In this document: piece after piece, positions 18,622 through 31,400 of the stretch | Position numbering within the stretch: the first letter of the stretch is position 1 | Layout of the letters: every line of letters starts with the position of its first letter | Made by a program: the position numbers and the translations under genes | The notes under the pieces: model-generated | The model's database searches: none | What the model was told of the DNA's origin: nothing | The model's input: the letters and a program-made list of their open reading frames with translations, nothing else | NCBI GenBank assembly: GCA_002719615.1 | Contig: PBHZ01000002.1 | Coordinates: 49,007-113,006, forward strand | DNA length: 64,000 nucleotides | Reading direction: 5' to 3' | Source of the DNA: Methanobacteriota archaeon | Lineage (GTDB): Archaea > Thermoplasmatota > Poseidoniia > Poseidoniales > Thalassarchaeaceae

Positions 18622-20319
18622 TTATTTGACTGCATCTTCAACCATAATCTCTTGATCTAAATTTGCCCTATTCACAAGAATATAACCTATGCCAATTATC
18701 CCTATAATCATTACAATAATTATTGGCATGATGTATGATAAACCTTCTTCATCTTCGTTTATCTGCCAATTCACTGTTTCACTTGTAATATTGCCTCCTC
18801 CAAAAGCGTATTCATCTACTATCTGCATCGGAGTCAATATTATACATTTCAATTCCTCAGCTCCTGATTTACTATTTCTCCAATCAAATATTATCTTCCC
18901 TACCTCTCCTGCCTGAACCAAGGCATCGGGATAATTGTTTGTTTCCGCACTTTCTCCAGTACTATTTAGGTAGCAAGATATCGCAAAATGAGCTGCCGCA
19001 GTTCCTTCATTTACGACTTCTCCTATCATCACTACTGATCCTTTTGCTTCATTTTCATCACCCTCAGATTTCAAACTTAACCACTTTATATCTGGAGTAT
19101 TTTGATCGATTATGGTTATTTTATCATTTGTTAATTTTATTCCTGTTGTCCCATAATTGCCAATTACTGAATTTTCCGGATTCCAGGCTGTTCTATATTT
19201 TATTACATTAATTATAGCTTCTTCTTGCCAAGTATCTTCTGTGGCCCATATATTATCATCAGACCAGCCTATTTCAATAATTCTTTCTCTACCGCCATCT
19301 ATGTATGATCTACCATCATTTCCACTAAAATTAGTATATGTAGGGACTCCATATAGGCCTTTAATTTGATATTCTACCCAAACTGCATCAAATTGAATAT
19401 ATTGTCCTTTTATTCGTCTTTCCCATTTATCGGTTAAATCTCCCGAACCTACAGTGTCGTTACTCCAATGTATGTTACTTTCGGGCATTGCTCTAACATC
19501 ATGATCATCCAAACTACCATCGAAAACAGTTCCTTCATTAAGAGAAATTGATGCATTATTATCATTCAGTAAAATCGGACCAGACCGTAAAAAATTACTT
19601 GAAAAAGCATTGATATCTCCGGTGGATGAGATTTCTGCAGCAATTATGGAAGAGTTATATAAACTGAAATTACCAGATATATCAAGACTATATTCACGGA
19701 GTCCTGAAATCATCATATTACTATATTGCAATTCACTGGCTAAATAATAATTACTAAATCCATCATGGATTATCGATATATTACTTATTCCCACGGGTGT
19801 CGAACCATATCCACAAATTCCTATAGATATTTCATCATCATTTGACTGAGATGAATAGGAGAATTGAGAATTATTCATCATGAATATTTCATTCCCTATG
19901 TAAGCTGTTGCACCATTGAAATTAGTACCACTTGCAGAATTAATTATAATTTCAAAATCTTTTTCATAAGGAGAAATATCTAAAGTAATTGTTGATCTAT
20001 TGAAGTCATCACAGTAACCATATCCTACTAAATCTGTAGGCATACTCTCTGATGTAAATATTGAACTCTCAAGAACAACAAAACCTCCTTCATCTATTGT
20101 TAGTTTGGAGTCTGTAGAAAAAGTTATTACAGAATTGATAATTGTCAATTTTCCACCATCTACAATTCTTATATTTCCGTCAATTTCTTGATCTTCTGTC
20201 CAAGTTATATCCGACTCAATTAAAATTTCATTTGTATTCTCTGCCATACTATTTCCAATAATCATTTGACCTGAAATAAACATTGTCAAAATCAAGATTA
20301 CCATTTGTCTCTTAACCAT
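18622..20319 (-). CDS. Cell-surface protein (565 aa): N-terminal signal/anchor, beta-helix-like and CARDB-like regions, C-terminal TM anchor
   Basis: N-terminus MVILILTMFISGQMIIG. C-terminal TM LSYIMPIIIVMIIGIIGIGYILV followed by NRAN. CARDB-like VVMIGEVVNEGTAAAHFAISCYL. Sequon-rich. Confidence 0.75.
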   Translation of the reverse strand: MVKRQMVILILTMFISGQMIIGNSMAENTNEILIESDITWTEDQEIDGNIRIVDGGKLTIINSVITFSTDSKLTIDEGGFVVLESSIFTSESMPTDLVGYGYCDDFNRSTITLDISPYEKDFEIIINSASGTNFNGATAYIGNEIFMMNNSQFSYSSQSNDDEISIGICGYGSTPVGISNISIIHDGFSNYYLASELQYSNMMISGLREYSLDISGNFSLYNSSIIAAEISSTGDINAFSSNFLRSGPILLNDNNASISLNEGTVFDGSLDDHDVRAMPESNIHWSNDTVGSGDLTDKWERRIKGQYIQFDAVWVEYQIKGLYGVPTYTNFSGNDGRSYIDGGRERIIEIGWSDDNIWATEDTWQEEAIINVIKYRTAWNPENSVIGNYGTTGIKLTNDKITIIDQNTPDIKWLSLKSEGDENEAKGSVVMIGEVVNEGTAAAHFAISCYLNSTGESAETNNYPDALVQAGEVGKIIFDWRNSKSGAEELKCIILTPMQIVDEYAFGGGNITSETVNWQINEDEEGLSYIMPIIIVMIIGIIGIGYILVNRANLDQEIMVEDAVK

Positions 20320-20411
20320 TAAACTTCGCTTCTATGTATACTCCATGAATAGTTCGGTCATTTGTTCGGTTTTAACGATAGACTCTTTGCCTCATTCATA
20401 TTGGGATTACT

Positions 20412-21065
20412 ATGGAAGCAGTGGAGTTTTTGGTAAATGTCATTACAGTTTTGATTTTATACGGTCCAGCATATCTTGCCAATACAGGGGCGATGTTGTT
20501 TGGAAAATGGATTCCGGATGCTACCGGAATTCCAAAAATACCCATCGATCGAGGCCATAATTGGTATGATGGAAACAGGATACTTGGCGATGGTAAATCC
20601 TGGAATGGCCTTTTAGGAGGTTCTTTTGTTAGTGCATTATTGATGCTAACTTCTCATACTCTATGGGATGGAAGGTCATTCGACAACTCCAAACCATTTG
20701 TAGATCCATTAGAATTGACAAATGATTCGGATTGGTTCTGGGTGTTTAATGATTCATTGACAGCATTTATTCTCGGGTTTTTATTGGGATTAGCATGTTT
20801 GATAGGTGACTCGCTAGGTTCGTTCATCAAAAGAAGAAAAGGTTTGAAGAGAGAAGGAGATATTAGTTCAAAAGCACCGATTTTGGATACAATGCCATTT
20901 GCTATCTCAATCTTCTTATTTGGTTTTATTTTATTCCCAGGTCAAATTTTAACCCAAGATGTTCTAGTAATGCCAATAATCATTTTACTGACCTTTACAC
21001 CAATAATACACCGTATGACAAATATTTTGGGCTATAGAATGGGTCTAAAGGATGTTCCTTACTAA
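20412..21065 (+). CDS. carS: CDP-archaeol synthase (CDP-2,3-bis-O-geranylgeranyl-sn-glycerol synthase, DUF46 family)
   Basis: PAYLANTGAMLFGK, RILGDGKSWNGLLGG, GDSLGSFIKRRKGLKREGD and a C-terminal LGYRMGLKDVPY, collinear with what I recall of A. fulgidus CarS. Polytopic membrane protein. Confidence 0.85.
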   Translation: MEAVEFLVNVITVLILYGPAYLANTGAMLFGKWIPDATGIPKIPIDRGHNWYDGNRILGDGKSWNGLLGGSFVSALLMLTSHTLWDGRSFDNSKPFVDPLELTNDSDWFWVFNDSLTAFILGFLLGLACLIGDSLGSFIKRRKGLKREGDISSKAPILDTMPFAISIFLFGFILFPGQILTQDVLVMPIIILLTFTPIIHRMTNILGYRMGLKDVPY

Positions 21066-21117
21066 CAATTGCATATGTTCTTATTGTCTATTATCTTCCG
21101 ACTATATGGGGGCATTT

Positions 21118-22389
21118 ATGGACATACTAATCATAGGCAGTGGAGGAAGAGAACATGCTTTAGCAATCGGCTTTAGTGAATCTGAATCTGTTAATAATAT
21201 ACATGTCGCACCTGGAAATGTTGGTACATCTAAAATAGCGCAAAACCATGATGTAGACATACTACAAATTCAAGAAATACATTCTCTAGCATGTGAATTA
21301 GGTGTAGATCTTGTGGTCATCGGACCAGAAGGGCCACTGGTTGAAGGAGTAGCGGATAATTTAATAGCTTCTGGAATTCCATGTTTTGGCCCTACCTTAA
21401 GATGGGCAAATCTAGAAGGCTCAAAGAAATTTGCAAAAGAAATTATGGAAGAACTAGGAATTCCTACAGCAAATTATGAAGAATTATCCCAGATATCTGA
21501 AAATTATGATATATTAAATAAATTCGATCCTCCTTGGGTAATAAAGAGAGATGTTTTAGCCTCTGGAAAGGGAGTAACAGTAACTCATTCGAAGAAGATA
21601 GCAGTATCGGCAATAGATAATGCTATAGAATCCGATGGACGTGTTTTGGTTGAGGAATATCTAGAAGGTGAAGAAGCCTCAATTCTTGTTATAATGGATG
21701 AATCTGATTATATTTGCTTGCCACCTAGTCAGGACCATAAACGACTTAAAGACAGTGATGAAGGCCCTAATACTGGAGGTATGGGGGCTTATGCTCCTGC
21801 ACCCGTAGTTACTTCGTCTATACTTAGGAGAGTGGAAGAAGAAATTGTACAACCTATTCATTCCTTTTTAAAAAATCAAACAAATCCTTACAGAGGATGT
21901 TTATATGTTGGAATTATGATAGATAATGAAGGAGCACCCAGAGTGGTAGAATTCAATGTAAGATTCGGAGATCCCGAAACTCAAGTAACTGTACCACTCA
22001 TCTCTTCTGATATTGGTGAATTATTCTTCTCTGCCGCAACAGGGAATCTTTCTAATGCCAATGTAAACTTTCATGATTTCAGTTCTGCAACAGTTGTTCT
22101 TGCATCAAAAAATTACCCTTCTAAACCTGTCATTGGAGACAAAATATCTGGCAACGATGTTTTTATTGAAGAAGGAGAGATAAGGGCTTTTATTCATTAT
22201 GCAGGGACAAAAATAAATGATCAAGGAAACTATGTTTCGTCAGGAGGCAGAGTTCTCTCCGCAACTGGTATTGCCCCAACATTAAATGAGGCTGTGGAAG
22301 CTGCATATCAAATAATAAATAATATCGAATTAAAAGACTCTCAACACCGTTCAGACATAGGTTTTAGGGCCTTTGAGAGGCGAATATAA
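21118..22389 (+). CDS. purD: Phosphoribosylamine--glycine ligase
   Basis: [17 protein letters not shown]-terminus, ATP-grasp core, [14 protein letters not shown]. The ORF is open from 21052, but the canonical PurD N-terminus begins at ATG 21118. Confidence 0.95.
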   Translation: MDILIIGSGGREHALAIGFSESESVNNIHVAPGNVGTSKIAQNHDVDILQIQEIHSLACELGVDLVVIGPEGPLVEGVADNLIASGIPCFGPTLRWANLEGSKKFAKEIMEELGIPTANYEELSQISENYDILNKFDPPWVIKRDVLASGKGVTVTHSKKIAVSAIDNAIESDGRVLVEEYLEGEEASILVIMDESDYICLPPSQDHKRLKDSDEGPNTGGMGAYAPAPVVTSSILRRVEEEIVQPIHSFLKNQTNPYRGCLYVGIMIDNEGAPRVVEFNVRFGDPETQVTVPLISSDIGELFFSAATGNLSNANVNFHDFSSATVVLASKNYPSKPVIGDKISGNDVFIEEGEIRAFIHYAGTKINDQGNYVSSGGRVLSATGIAPTLNEAVEAAYQIINNIELKDSQHRSDIGFRAFERRI

Positions 22390-22424
22390 AACTCGTTCTC
22401 TGGCTCAATAAGGGTATTACTCCC

Positions 22425-22440
22425 ACGAACGGTTAAAACA
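22425..22440 (+). promoter_or_regulatory. BRE/TATA-like element ACGAAC-GGTTAAAACA upstream of the aglB-giant gene
   Basis: Same CGAAC + GTTAAAAC/GTTTTAAC composition as at 315-329. It lies about 57-72 nt upstream of ATG 22497. Confidence 0.3.
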
Positions 22441-22460
22441 ACCCGTCAATTCGCCGCGAT

Positions 22461-22481
22461 GTTGAGCCTTCAGGCTGCAAC
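22461..22481 (+). promoter_or_regulatory. 5'-leader stem-loop (8 bp with a 1-nt bulge, UUCA loop) immediately 5' of the GGTGA Shine-Dalgarno-like sequence of the aglB-giant gene
   Basis: GTTGAGCC-TTCA-GGCTGCAAC. Positions 61-64 pair with 78-81 and 65-68 with 73-76, with G77 bulged. GC-rich in an AT-rich spacer. Confidence 0.35.
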
Positions 22482-22496
22482 GCACGGTGATATAAT

Positions 22497-25400
22497 ATGG
22501 AAAAAAATGAAGAGGCGGCAAAAGGTAATTTCTTTTATCAAGATATTACTTCTGTTCCTATAATATTAGCTACGTTGATGGTGCTATATTTTGGAATCAG
22601 TTTTGCTGTCAATGGAGATATAGGAAATGAAGAATATATGAACGTCTTGATTCTACCTTTATCCGCTGCATTTGCATCGGCTATTGGTAGGATTAGTACA
22701 TCTCTGCAATTTTCCAAATCCAATACATTACAATCTTTTATCATTCCAATCACGATTGTAGCATTAGCTTTCACAATAGACTTTATAGCTAACTTCAGTA
22801 ATAATGTCTTTATTCTTACATTTACATTGGTTGGGCTAATGTCTATCCTTTTATCTAATTCTAATCGTATTGAAGAAAATAATCTTCTTCTTTCAACTGT
22901 GATAGGATTTCATCTTGCTATTTCTTATGCTTCTAGTTTAACTTTTGATCCTGGACTGGATATAGACTCTCAAAGAACCGATATTGGCATAGCCTTCATA
23001 TCATTCTGGTTAGCATCAATTTCTATTGGTTTTACCTTAGTTGGGTTTTTGAAAGGTGTAATCGATAAAGTTGGAAAAAATCCATTATTTGCAGATATAC
23101 CTATCTTTAAAGAAAATAAATCATTTGTAATATTTTCAAGTATAATTTCTATTGTATACATCATCCCTTTATTCCGATATGATAGTTTTGAAAGTTTAGG
23201 AGTTATATGGGCCGTATCTACAAGTTTAATAATTTTATTTTACGCATATTGTTATTTTGAAAAATGGCATGTTCTTGGTTCTTTGATTCTCGTCAATTGG
23301 TTTATCTTTACTATGGCCCATCTTCAAGAAATCGGTAATAATTTCTATCCAAGTATATTTGAAGAAGAAAGTTTCACAGGTGCATTTTCTTGGTTCTTCA
23401 TAACATTCTGGCTAAACGTAGGAGCAATCACTCTATCTTCAAAAGGTTTCTTTGGAGATATAGCACCAAGAAGAAGTCCAAGTAAATTTAGAATGTGGTG
23501 GGATTCAAATTATTATTCAATTCTAATTCCACTTTCTTTTATCGTCGCTTTGACAGTCAGGGTCGTTTGGAATGTCATACCTGCAATGAATGCACCAGGT
23601 ACAGGAACCTGGGATATGTCCGGAGGTTCAGATCCTTGGTACATGAAGCGTATAGTTGACTATATTTTAGCCAATAATAGCCATCTCATTTTTGATGCCG
23701 ACAGAGCATATCCAATGGGTGCAATAAATCCTAGACCTCCACTTTTCACATGGTCTTTGGCATTGGGTGGTATGGGATTATCGTGGATTCTTGAATCTGA
23801 TAATACTGGCGAAGTTGTTTGGTGGAGTCTCGCTTCTCTGCCAGCTATTTATGGGGCTTTAGTGGTTTTCCCTGTGGCAGGAATAGCCAATAGAGTACAC
23901 GGTAAAAAGGCCGCTATCATTACCGCTTGGCTTATTGCTTTGATGCCAGGACACATTAGTCGTTCAACATTCGGAATGGTAGATCACGACTCTTTTGCAA
24001 TTTTACTCTTGTCAACGGCATTTTACTTTTGGATTAAATCTATTTCTAGCATGAATCAGGAGCGTATTTTCCAAAAAACATCATCAAATCCTCTATATTT
24101 GTTTGCTGGAATAAGAGAGACCTGGCGCAGGAATCCTAAGGTAATGTCCAATGCTACTTTAGCAGGAATCGCTTTCGCCGTTATGGCTTTGGGTTGGAAA
24201 GGTTTCGTTTATGGCCCTGGAATCCTGTTTCTTGTATTTTCACTACAGGTCTTTTTCAATCTATTTCGTTCCAAAGATAGTCTACAACTCACGGCTGCAA
24301 GTTTGCAAATGTTATTTACAGTTCTTTTGATACCTTTGCCGTTTTATGCATGGCCTGGTTTAAATTTGGTTTTGGATCCTAGTGGATTACAACCTTTGTT
24401 CTATATAATCGGTTTTACGTTACTTCTTGGTTGGACATCTTGTTCCTTTAGAGACAAGCCGTGGTTACTTGTTTTAGGTGTTGGTGCTATCCTAATATCT
24501 CTAACACTGGCCTCATTGTATTTATTGCAAGAAGCGAATTTATATGCCGGATGGGACATACTTTTCTCTGGTGGTTTTTACTTTGATAAAAACAAAATCT
24601 TCGGGACAATTGGTGAAGCTCAAGCACCTAGTAGAGGAGTTTTATTCGCATCATATGGTCCAATTGTAGCATTAATAGGATTAGGTTGTGCTTTTGTTTT
24701 CCTTTGGAGAGGCGCCAGAACAAACAAAATGGCATTTACTTTACTTGGCTCTTGGGGAATTATTTCCACCTATATGGCATGGTCTGCTGGGAGATTTATC
24801 ATTAACGCAACACCTGTGATGGCTATCTTGGGAGGAATAGGAATTGCAATGCTTTGGCAATCCGCTAACTTTGCTAACTTTTCCAAAGAATGGAGAAATT
24901 CGGGTATAGGTACTCCTCGTGCTAGATTTAATTCTCTTTGGCCTGCTACCAAGAGAAGTGTTGGAGTACCCGTTTTGATGGTTGTCTTCATGCTAGTTTT
25001 TACTCAACATGTGACTTATGGTATTGATTCAGGGATACCTAGGAACTCACAATCTGCAACAGACGTTGATAAAGCCATTTACGACATAACTCCAGATATT
25101 TTAAGGGAAAATTTACTAGGCGAATTCTCTATACTTGGTGGAGGAGATTATGATCCTTCATCAGTCAATGGGTTGGAATATATGGGTACTTTTGGCCCTA
25201 GTTTTAATTCGTATGGTTGGAATGACGCATATGCATGGTTAGAAGAACAAGATAGGGATAAAGGATTTAGTAATCGTCCAGCATTCTTATCTTGGTGGGA
25301 TTATGGATTTAGTGCCTTAGCACAAGGGCAGCACCCAACTGTAGCAGACAATTTCCAGTCAGGAATACCGCATAGTGGAGGTATGCTTCTATCTCAAGGT

Positions 25401-28400
25401 CAAGATGACACAATCGCACTTTTTATTGCTACATTAGCCATGGGTGATAAGAAATACAACAATGATAAAGTTAGCCCCGAACTTTTAGATTCGATATTAG
25501 ATCCAATGAGTACTACTCAAGTTCAAGAGTTTGCAGATATCCTTTCTAATAAAAAATCCTCATTCGTATTAGATAGGACAATTAAATTACATGCATCATC
25601 TGATGATATAGAATTACTTAGTGGGTATTTGCTAGATTCTAATGGTATTCCTTCGACCACTGAAGAATGGATTGTAGTTGATGCAAGTGGTCTACGAACC
25701 TCACTTGGTGAAAATAAATCGGCAGCACTTTCTTTGTACAACCAAACCCGTGGTTCATCTTCCGTATCTTCTACTGCTTCATCTTGGAATGACAATTTAC
25801 CTCCAAGTCATTACTACATTGGTAATTATAAATATACTAATGATTTAATTCAGGACTTTGATTCTCCATCTACAGCGATTCACAAAACTAATTCTAAATT
25901 AGCTATGTTGAGAAATTTCTTAGTCACAGCATTCGAAACCGATGAATTAGTTGATATTTATCATTCACTTTCTTCTATTACCTATTCCGTTCAAGATTAT
26001 GATAACTCCCTAGGAGAGAATGTAGAAAGAAACAATGAGATTAGATATTTTGCTATCGATAACCGTTTGTACCCATTGGGAGGTGCATATTATGAGGACT
26101 ATGGCTATCACCGCGGTCAAACTACAGGAATCTTCCATGCTCCAACGGGATTATCGGGCTTAGATATGGATGATTACATTGCTACTTTCTATCAATCTCA
26201 GAGAGGAGATGGCCCCATTGTCCCGAGAACTCCTCAGGAATATAATGACGCATACCTTTCGGACTTAGAATTACAACAAAGTGGTGCATTATCTGATTCT
26301 TCACAAGTAATTAGATATGTGGATATAGACTATCAACATCAAGAAAACTTTTTTGAAACAATGGTTGCAAAAACTTACGTTGGTTATGGTTCTAGCACAT
26401 TAGGGCTTGAAGGAGATGCAGAAACTCCATCGGTTTGGGTCAATCCCTCTGCCACAAATAGAATTGGCGCACCTGGATCTTATTTGCAGAATGCATGGAC
26501 TCTACCAGGTGCAATGATGAATCACATGGTTATCTCTAATTGGTATGATAATGACTACGATAATGATGGAACACTTAATGCTAATGATGATTCTAAATGT
26601 GAGGCTTCTATTGAAAGTAATACGACATCAAATTTAACGGTAGGGGATGAAAATATAGAATTGTATGATGCTTCCCAATTTCCATTTATTGGAGGGGCAT
26701 CTCTTTATCATTTTGAAGGTAATCTTTCCATTGATTGGACTGGTAAAGACGGCAACACTCTAACTGGAGTATCTGGAATAAGTAAAGATGTTAGCATGAA
26801 TTCATTACTTTCTCATAATCCCAATCCTTTGTGCAACTCTATTTATGATTCGAATCATTTTGTCAAGATTCTCAAGTATTACAGCGGTGCAACCATCGAG
26901 GGAACTGTCTCTCTTGATGGAGAAGGAATTGTCCCAAACGCACGAATATTAATCGAGAGAGATGCATTTAGTGGTGAAGATGTAATCGATCATGATTCTA
27001 GAACTTATTGGATACCAATAGGATATACAGATGCTAATTCTGAAGGAGAATTCTCATTCACAGTGCCGTCAGGAAAAATACGAGTTTCTGCTTTCATTGG
27101 TGAACCAGACCTAGATTCAGCACGTGCAGCCATAATGAGTTCTGATGTCGGACAGACAATGTTCGAGTTAACTATCGAAAATAACAATCAACAAAGAGCA
27201 ATCAATCACGTTTCAGGAATATTAGGAAATGTCTCTGGTTCTACATGGCTATCTGAAACTGTAATCAACGTATCTGGAGAACAAGGACATAGTAACGGAG
27301 CAGAAAAAATTGAAGTTTCCATAGATGTATCCTCGTCCTCTTCTTCTGGAGTATTGTCCTGGTCTGGAAATGCTGATTTTGATGGAGATCCAATCTTGGA
27401 TGCTCAAGTAATTCTTTCTCCCTCTTCAGAAAAGATAGTTATGGATGATTATATAGTTACTACTTCTAATGGTTCTGTTGAAGGTATTGATTTACAATTC
27501 CAAGGCGAAGGAGAGGTTTCATTTAGTGGCCCAGGAAGCGTACGATCTGATAACATACTATCTGTTTCTGATTTTACAGGTACTCACATACAAAGTATTT
27601 ACAATAATCATAGTGTTTCTGGGGATGGATTGTTTACCGGAGTAGGACAGATTTCAAATGCATTAATACATGATATGATAGAAATAAACGACTGTGAAAA
27701 TAATTCTATTCCAGAAGGAGAGAATATTTGTAAACTAGCAGAAGAAGAATATCTAATGGATGGTAGTATTAATGCATCTGGTAAATATACGTCCGTTGGA
27801 GTATCAACTTTTACTAGGTCACTAAATCAGGCAACACTAATTGGCTCAGGGACATTTACCACTAGCGATGATGAGGATTTGGATTCATATGGAATTATTA
27901 ATGGTACAGGAACATTTTCCGGAACTGGTATATTTAGTGGTCCAATGGTTCAACCTGGTACATTTACAGTCAATAATGCAATTCCTGGATTATATGACAT
28001 TTCACTAATACTTGAAGATGGTTCAACGGTTGATTTAGATGATACGTTCAATGTCCCATTACTATCCTCCTTAGCACCTGTTCTAGTTGATGTTCCAGCA
28101 GGCTCGATATCGGGCTCATTAATCGACTCTTCAGGAGAAGTTGTAAATTCGCCAATTTCATTGATACCCGATGATAATACATCAGTATCTGATGATGCTG
28201 TTGAAGATTGTTCAATCGTGGGCTATGCACCTTGTTTGATTTATCCTGATGAAGAAGGAAAGATAATATTCGGCCCAATAACTCCTGGATCATATATTGC
28301 AGAGATTGATTCGGATATGGATGGAATGCCCGAAGTAAAAGAAATATTTGTCTTTGACACAGATACGCCAGTTGATGCTATATTCCCTTCTCCTTTGCCT

Positions 28401-31400
28401 GATACTTCTGATATCCATTTCACAATATTGGATGAAGGGGAAACTCTTGGAGACCTAAATATCTCATTCTATCCTGTTAATGCCCCAGATCAGCAAGTAT
28501 CAGCAAAGTATAATTCAGAATCAACAGATTATTTTGTCGAATTGACTCATGGTACTTGGATTTTAAGTCATAATATTGATGATAATAAGCAAATATGGGA
28601 GAGTATCGATGTAGGCTCAGAAGATATGAATTTAGAAATAAATATAGAAATTAGTAAGAAAATTTCTGGTATAGTAAAAAATACAATACAAACTGATCCA
28701 ATAACAGGAGACCCAGTTGAAGATGCTTTGCCAAATACTCTGGTTTCTTTCTATTGGAATAACTTGAGCACATCAACATATACAAATTTAGAAGGTGAAT
28801 TTGAAGTTACATTACCGATAAATTCTGTCGTTGACATCTCAGTACAGTATTCGCTCGATAAAGCATACTCTTCTAATATTAGATTCACTGTCAATGATAT
28901 TTTGTCAGACTCTCAAAATATCACACTAATAGTTGAAGAATCTGTGATAATTGAAGGTACTGTAAGTATAGATGTAATAGGTAATTATTATTCAGATACA
29001 TTGAAAGATTGGAGTGAAATCAGTGTTATTGCCTCTCAAACGCCTGAAAATTCCAGCCTCCCAGAAATCAGACAAATTGTAGATTCCAGTGGAAATTTCC
29101 AAATGTATATGAAAGAAGGGGATTGGAAATTTAGTTTAACAGGTAATTCATTAGAAAGTACTGATCAAAATATTTCTATAAATAGTACGAACAAAATCGT
29201 TGATTTAACAATGGTATCAGCAAAAAGTACCATTTTAATCGATTTTTACATAGATCATAGTGAGGATGGTAATATTTCTAATGGAACTCCAGTATCATAC
29301 CCATTTGCTATAAAATCTTTGAATCCTTTCATACCTGACAGAGAAATTTCATCAGATAGCTCTGAATGGATTTCAGAAGGTCGTGCAGAAGTAAGTCTAA
29401 CTCCCGGTTCGTATTCAATAGTAATTGATAGGCCAAATCCCGATTCTGGAAATTTATTTGATACACTTTATACCACAAATGACAATATTCACATTGGTCT
29501 CATATCCGAGAATATTTCAACATCCATAGCCTTCGAACCTAATTGGCTTACTAATATCACTTTCAATAATGAAAGTGGAGGTGCACTTTCTGATCATCTT
29601 GTAAGATTTAAAGACATTGAAAATGGATGGTTATTATCCTTTATGACCGATTCTTCTGGCTCAATTTCAGAATATATTCCTGAAGGAGAATGGATGGTTA
29701 TAATAGAAACCTTTGAGGCTGATGTTGGTATTTATCAAAGTCTAAGGGAATCAGTATCCATTTCTTCATCTTCGGCAGGCCTTAATTCATCTATGAATAC
29801 TGCAGAGGTTGCCATGGTAAATATTATTTTGTTAGATGATAATTCACCTTTATCTGATGTCCAAATTAATCTCATAAGTACCGAAAGAGGTATCGTAGAT
29901 TCTCCATATTCAAATGATTTAGGAATAATTGATTTAAAAATAGAGCCAGGTTTATGGAATTTGGAATTGAATTATACTGACTCTGAAGGAGTTATGTGGA
30001 TTATTGAAAGTATGCCAATTTCTGACTCAGGCCTTACAGCTGGAAATAATACAGAGGTATTGCTAAATGTGACTAAGTTAGTCACAGTAAAAGGAACAGT
30101 ATTTTGGGATCTAAATGATAATCAACAACCCAATTTAGGAGAAGGTGTTTCCAATGTTACTGTAACATTAAATTCAACAACAGAAAATCATATTCTAACT
30201 ACTGATGAAAATGGAGCATGGTCAACATATTTATTATACGGAGGAACATGGAATATCTCTACATATATTGAGGGTTTTAGTAATGAATCATCTACTATAT
30301 CTCTAATATCAAATTCTAATTCAAAACATATACAGATTACTGCAGGGACAGTTCCTGTTTCTGGTAGTATATCTTATATTGATGAGGATCAATTCAATCA
30401 GATAAAAGACGATCTTACAATACTTTTAGTTCCAGCCGAAGGAATAATCAGAGATCGAGTAATTCCTAATTTAGTGTTGGATTCTAGTAGTTCATGGAAT
30501 GGAGAGTGGAATGCTATGGTTGAACCCGGAGATTGGACTGTCTGGGCATTTGGTTCCTCATCCTCAGATGTTACATATCTTGTTTCAGTAGATTCCATTG
30601 ATGTCGGTGTAGATGGCGGAACAATCGATTCTGAATTATCACTTGGTGGTAAATTATTACTCAATACTGAATGGCTGGATTATGATGGGATATCTCACCC
30701 ACTTACTGATATTGAATCGCATAATATTGTTATAAAGCTACAGGAATCAGGTATAAGTTGGGATGAATCTTTGAATTCTGAAGGGCTACTAGAATTAATA
30801 TTGCCAGTTGGAAGAATGGATGCTTCTAGTTCGTTTAACATAACTCAAGAAGAAAGAGATATGGATTATTATGGCGGTCAAGGAGCAACTATAAGGCCAT
30901 CCCAAGACACTCCCGTGACTACTCTAGTAATTGATAGATTATCTAAACAAGATATTTCTGTATCGGATATTGGAGATGGTCATGCTCTTCTCTCTCTTAA
31001 CAATACAAATTGTGCAAGTGATTGTGATTATGAAAATGTTGAATTTAGATTAAAAATAGATTATTTAGGTCATCAAGCATTCGATAGTTATTCGGTTACT
31101 GCTGTTGTTCCTGGTGCAGATGGCGATGAATGGGCAGTCGAATTCAAAAACTCTACTGGCTCATGGACTTCGTCTACTACAATTGATCTAGGATTACAAA
31201 ATACACTTGTTTTGGATAACTTTGATGTTCGCGTAAACCCACCCAATGAATCAGTTGCTCATCACTTATCTAATGGTCACCAAATAAGAATCATCTTCAC
31301 TACTGACCAAGGATATAGTCTAGAACATCCATTATTGGTGAATGTACCTCAAAATAATATGTTTAGTTCAATAGGATACGCTGAAGAAGTAATCGGTGTT

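Noticed and set aside
20345-20560. 71-aa plus-strand ORF overlapping the start of carS in another frame
   Set aside because: The carS frame carries the conserved DUF46/CarS motifs from its first residues, whereas the 71-aa frame has none and would overlap carS by about 150 nt.
21052-21117. N-terminal extension of purD overlapping the carS 3' end
   Set aside because: The canonical PurD N-terminus ([14 protein letters not shown]) starts at ATG 21118. The Cys/Leu-rich extension is not PurD-like.
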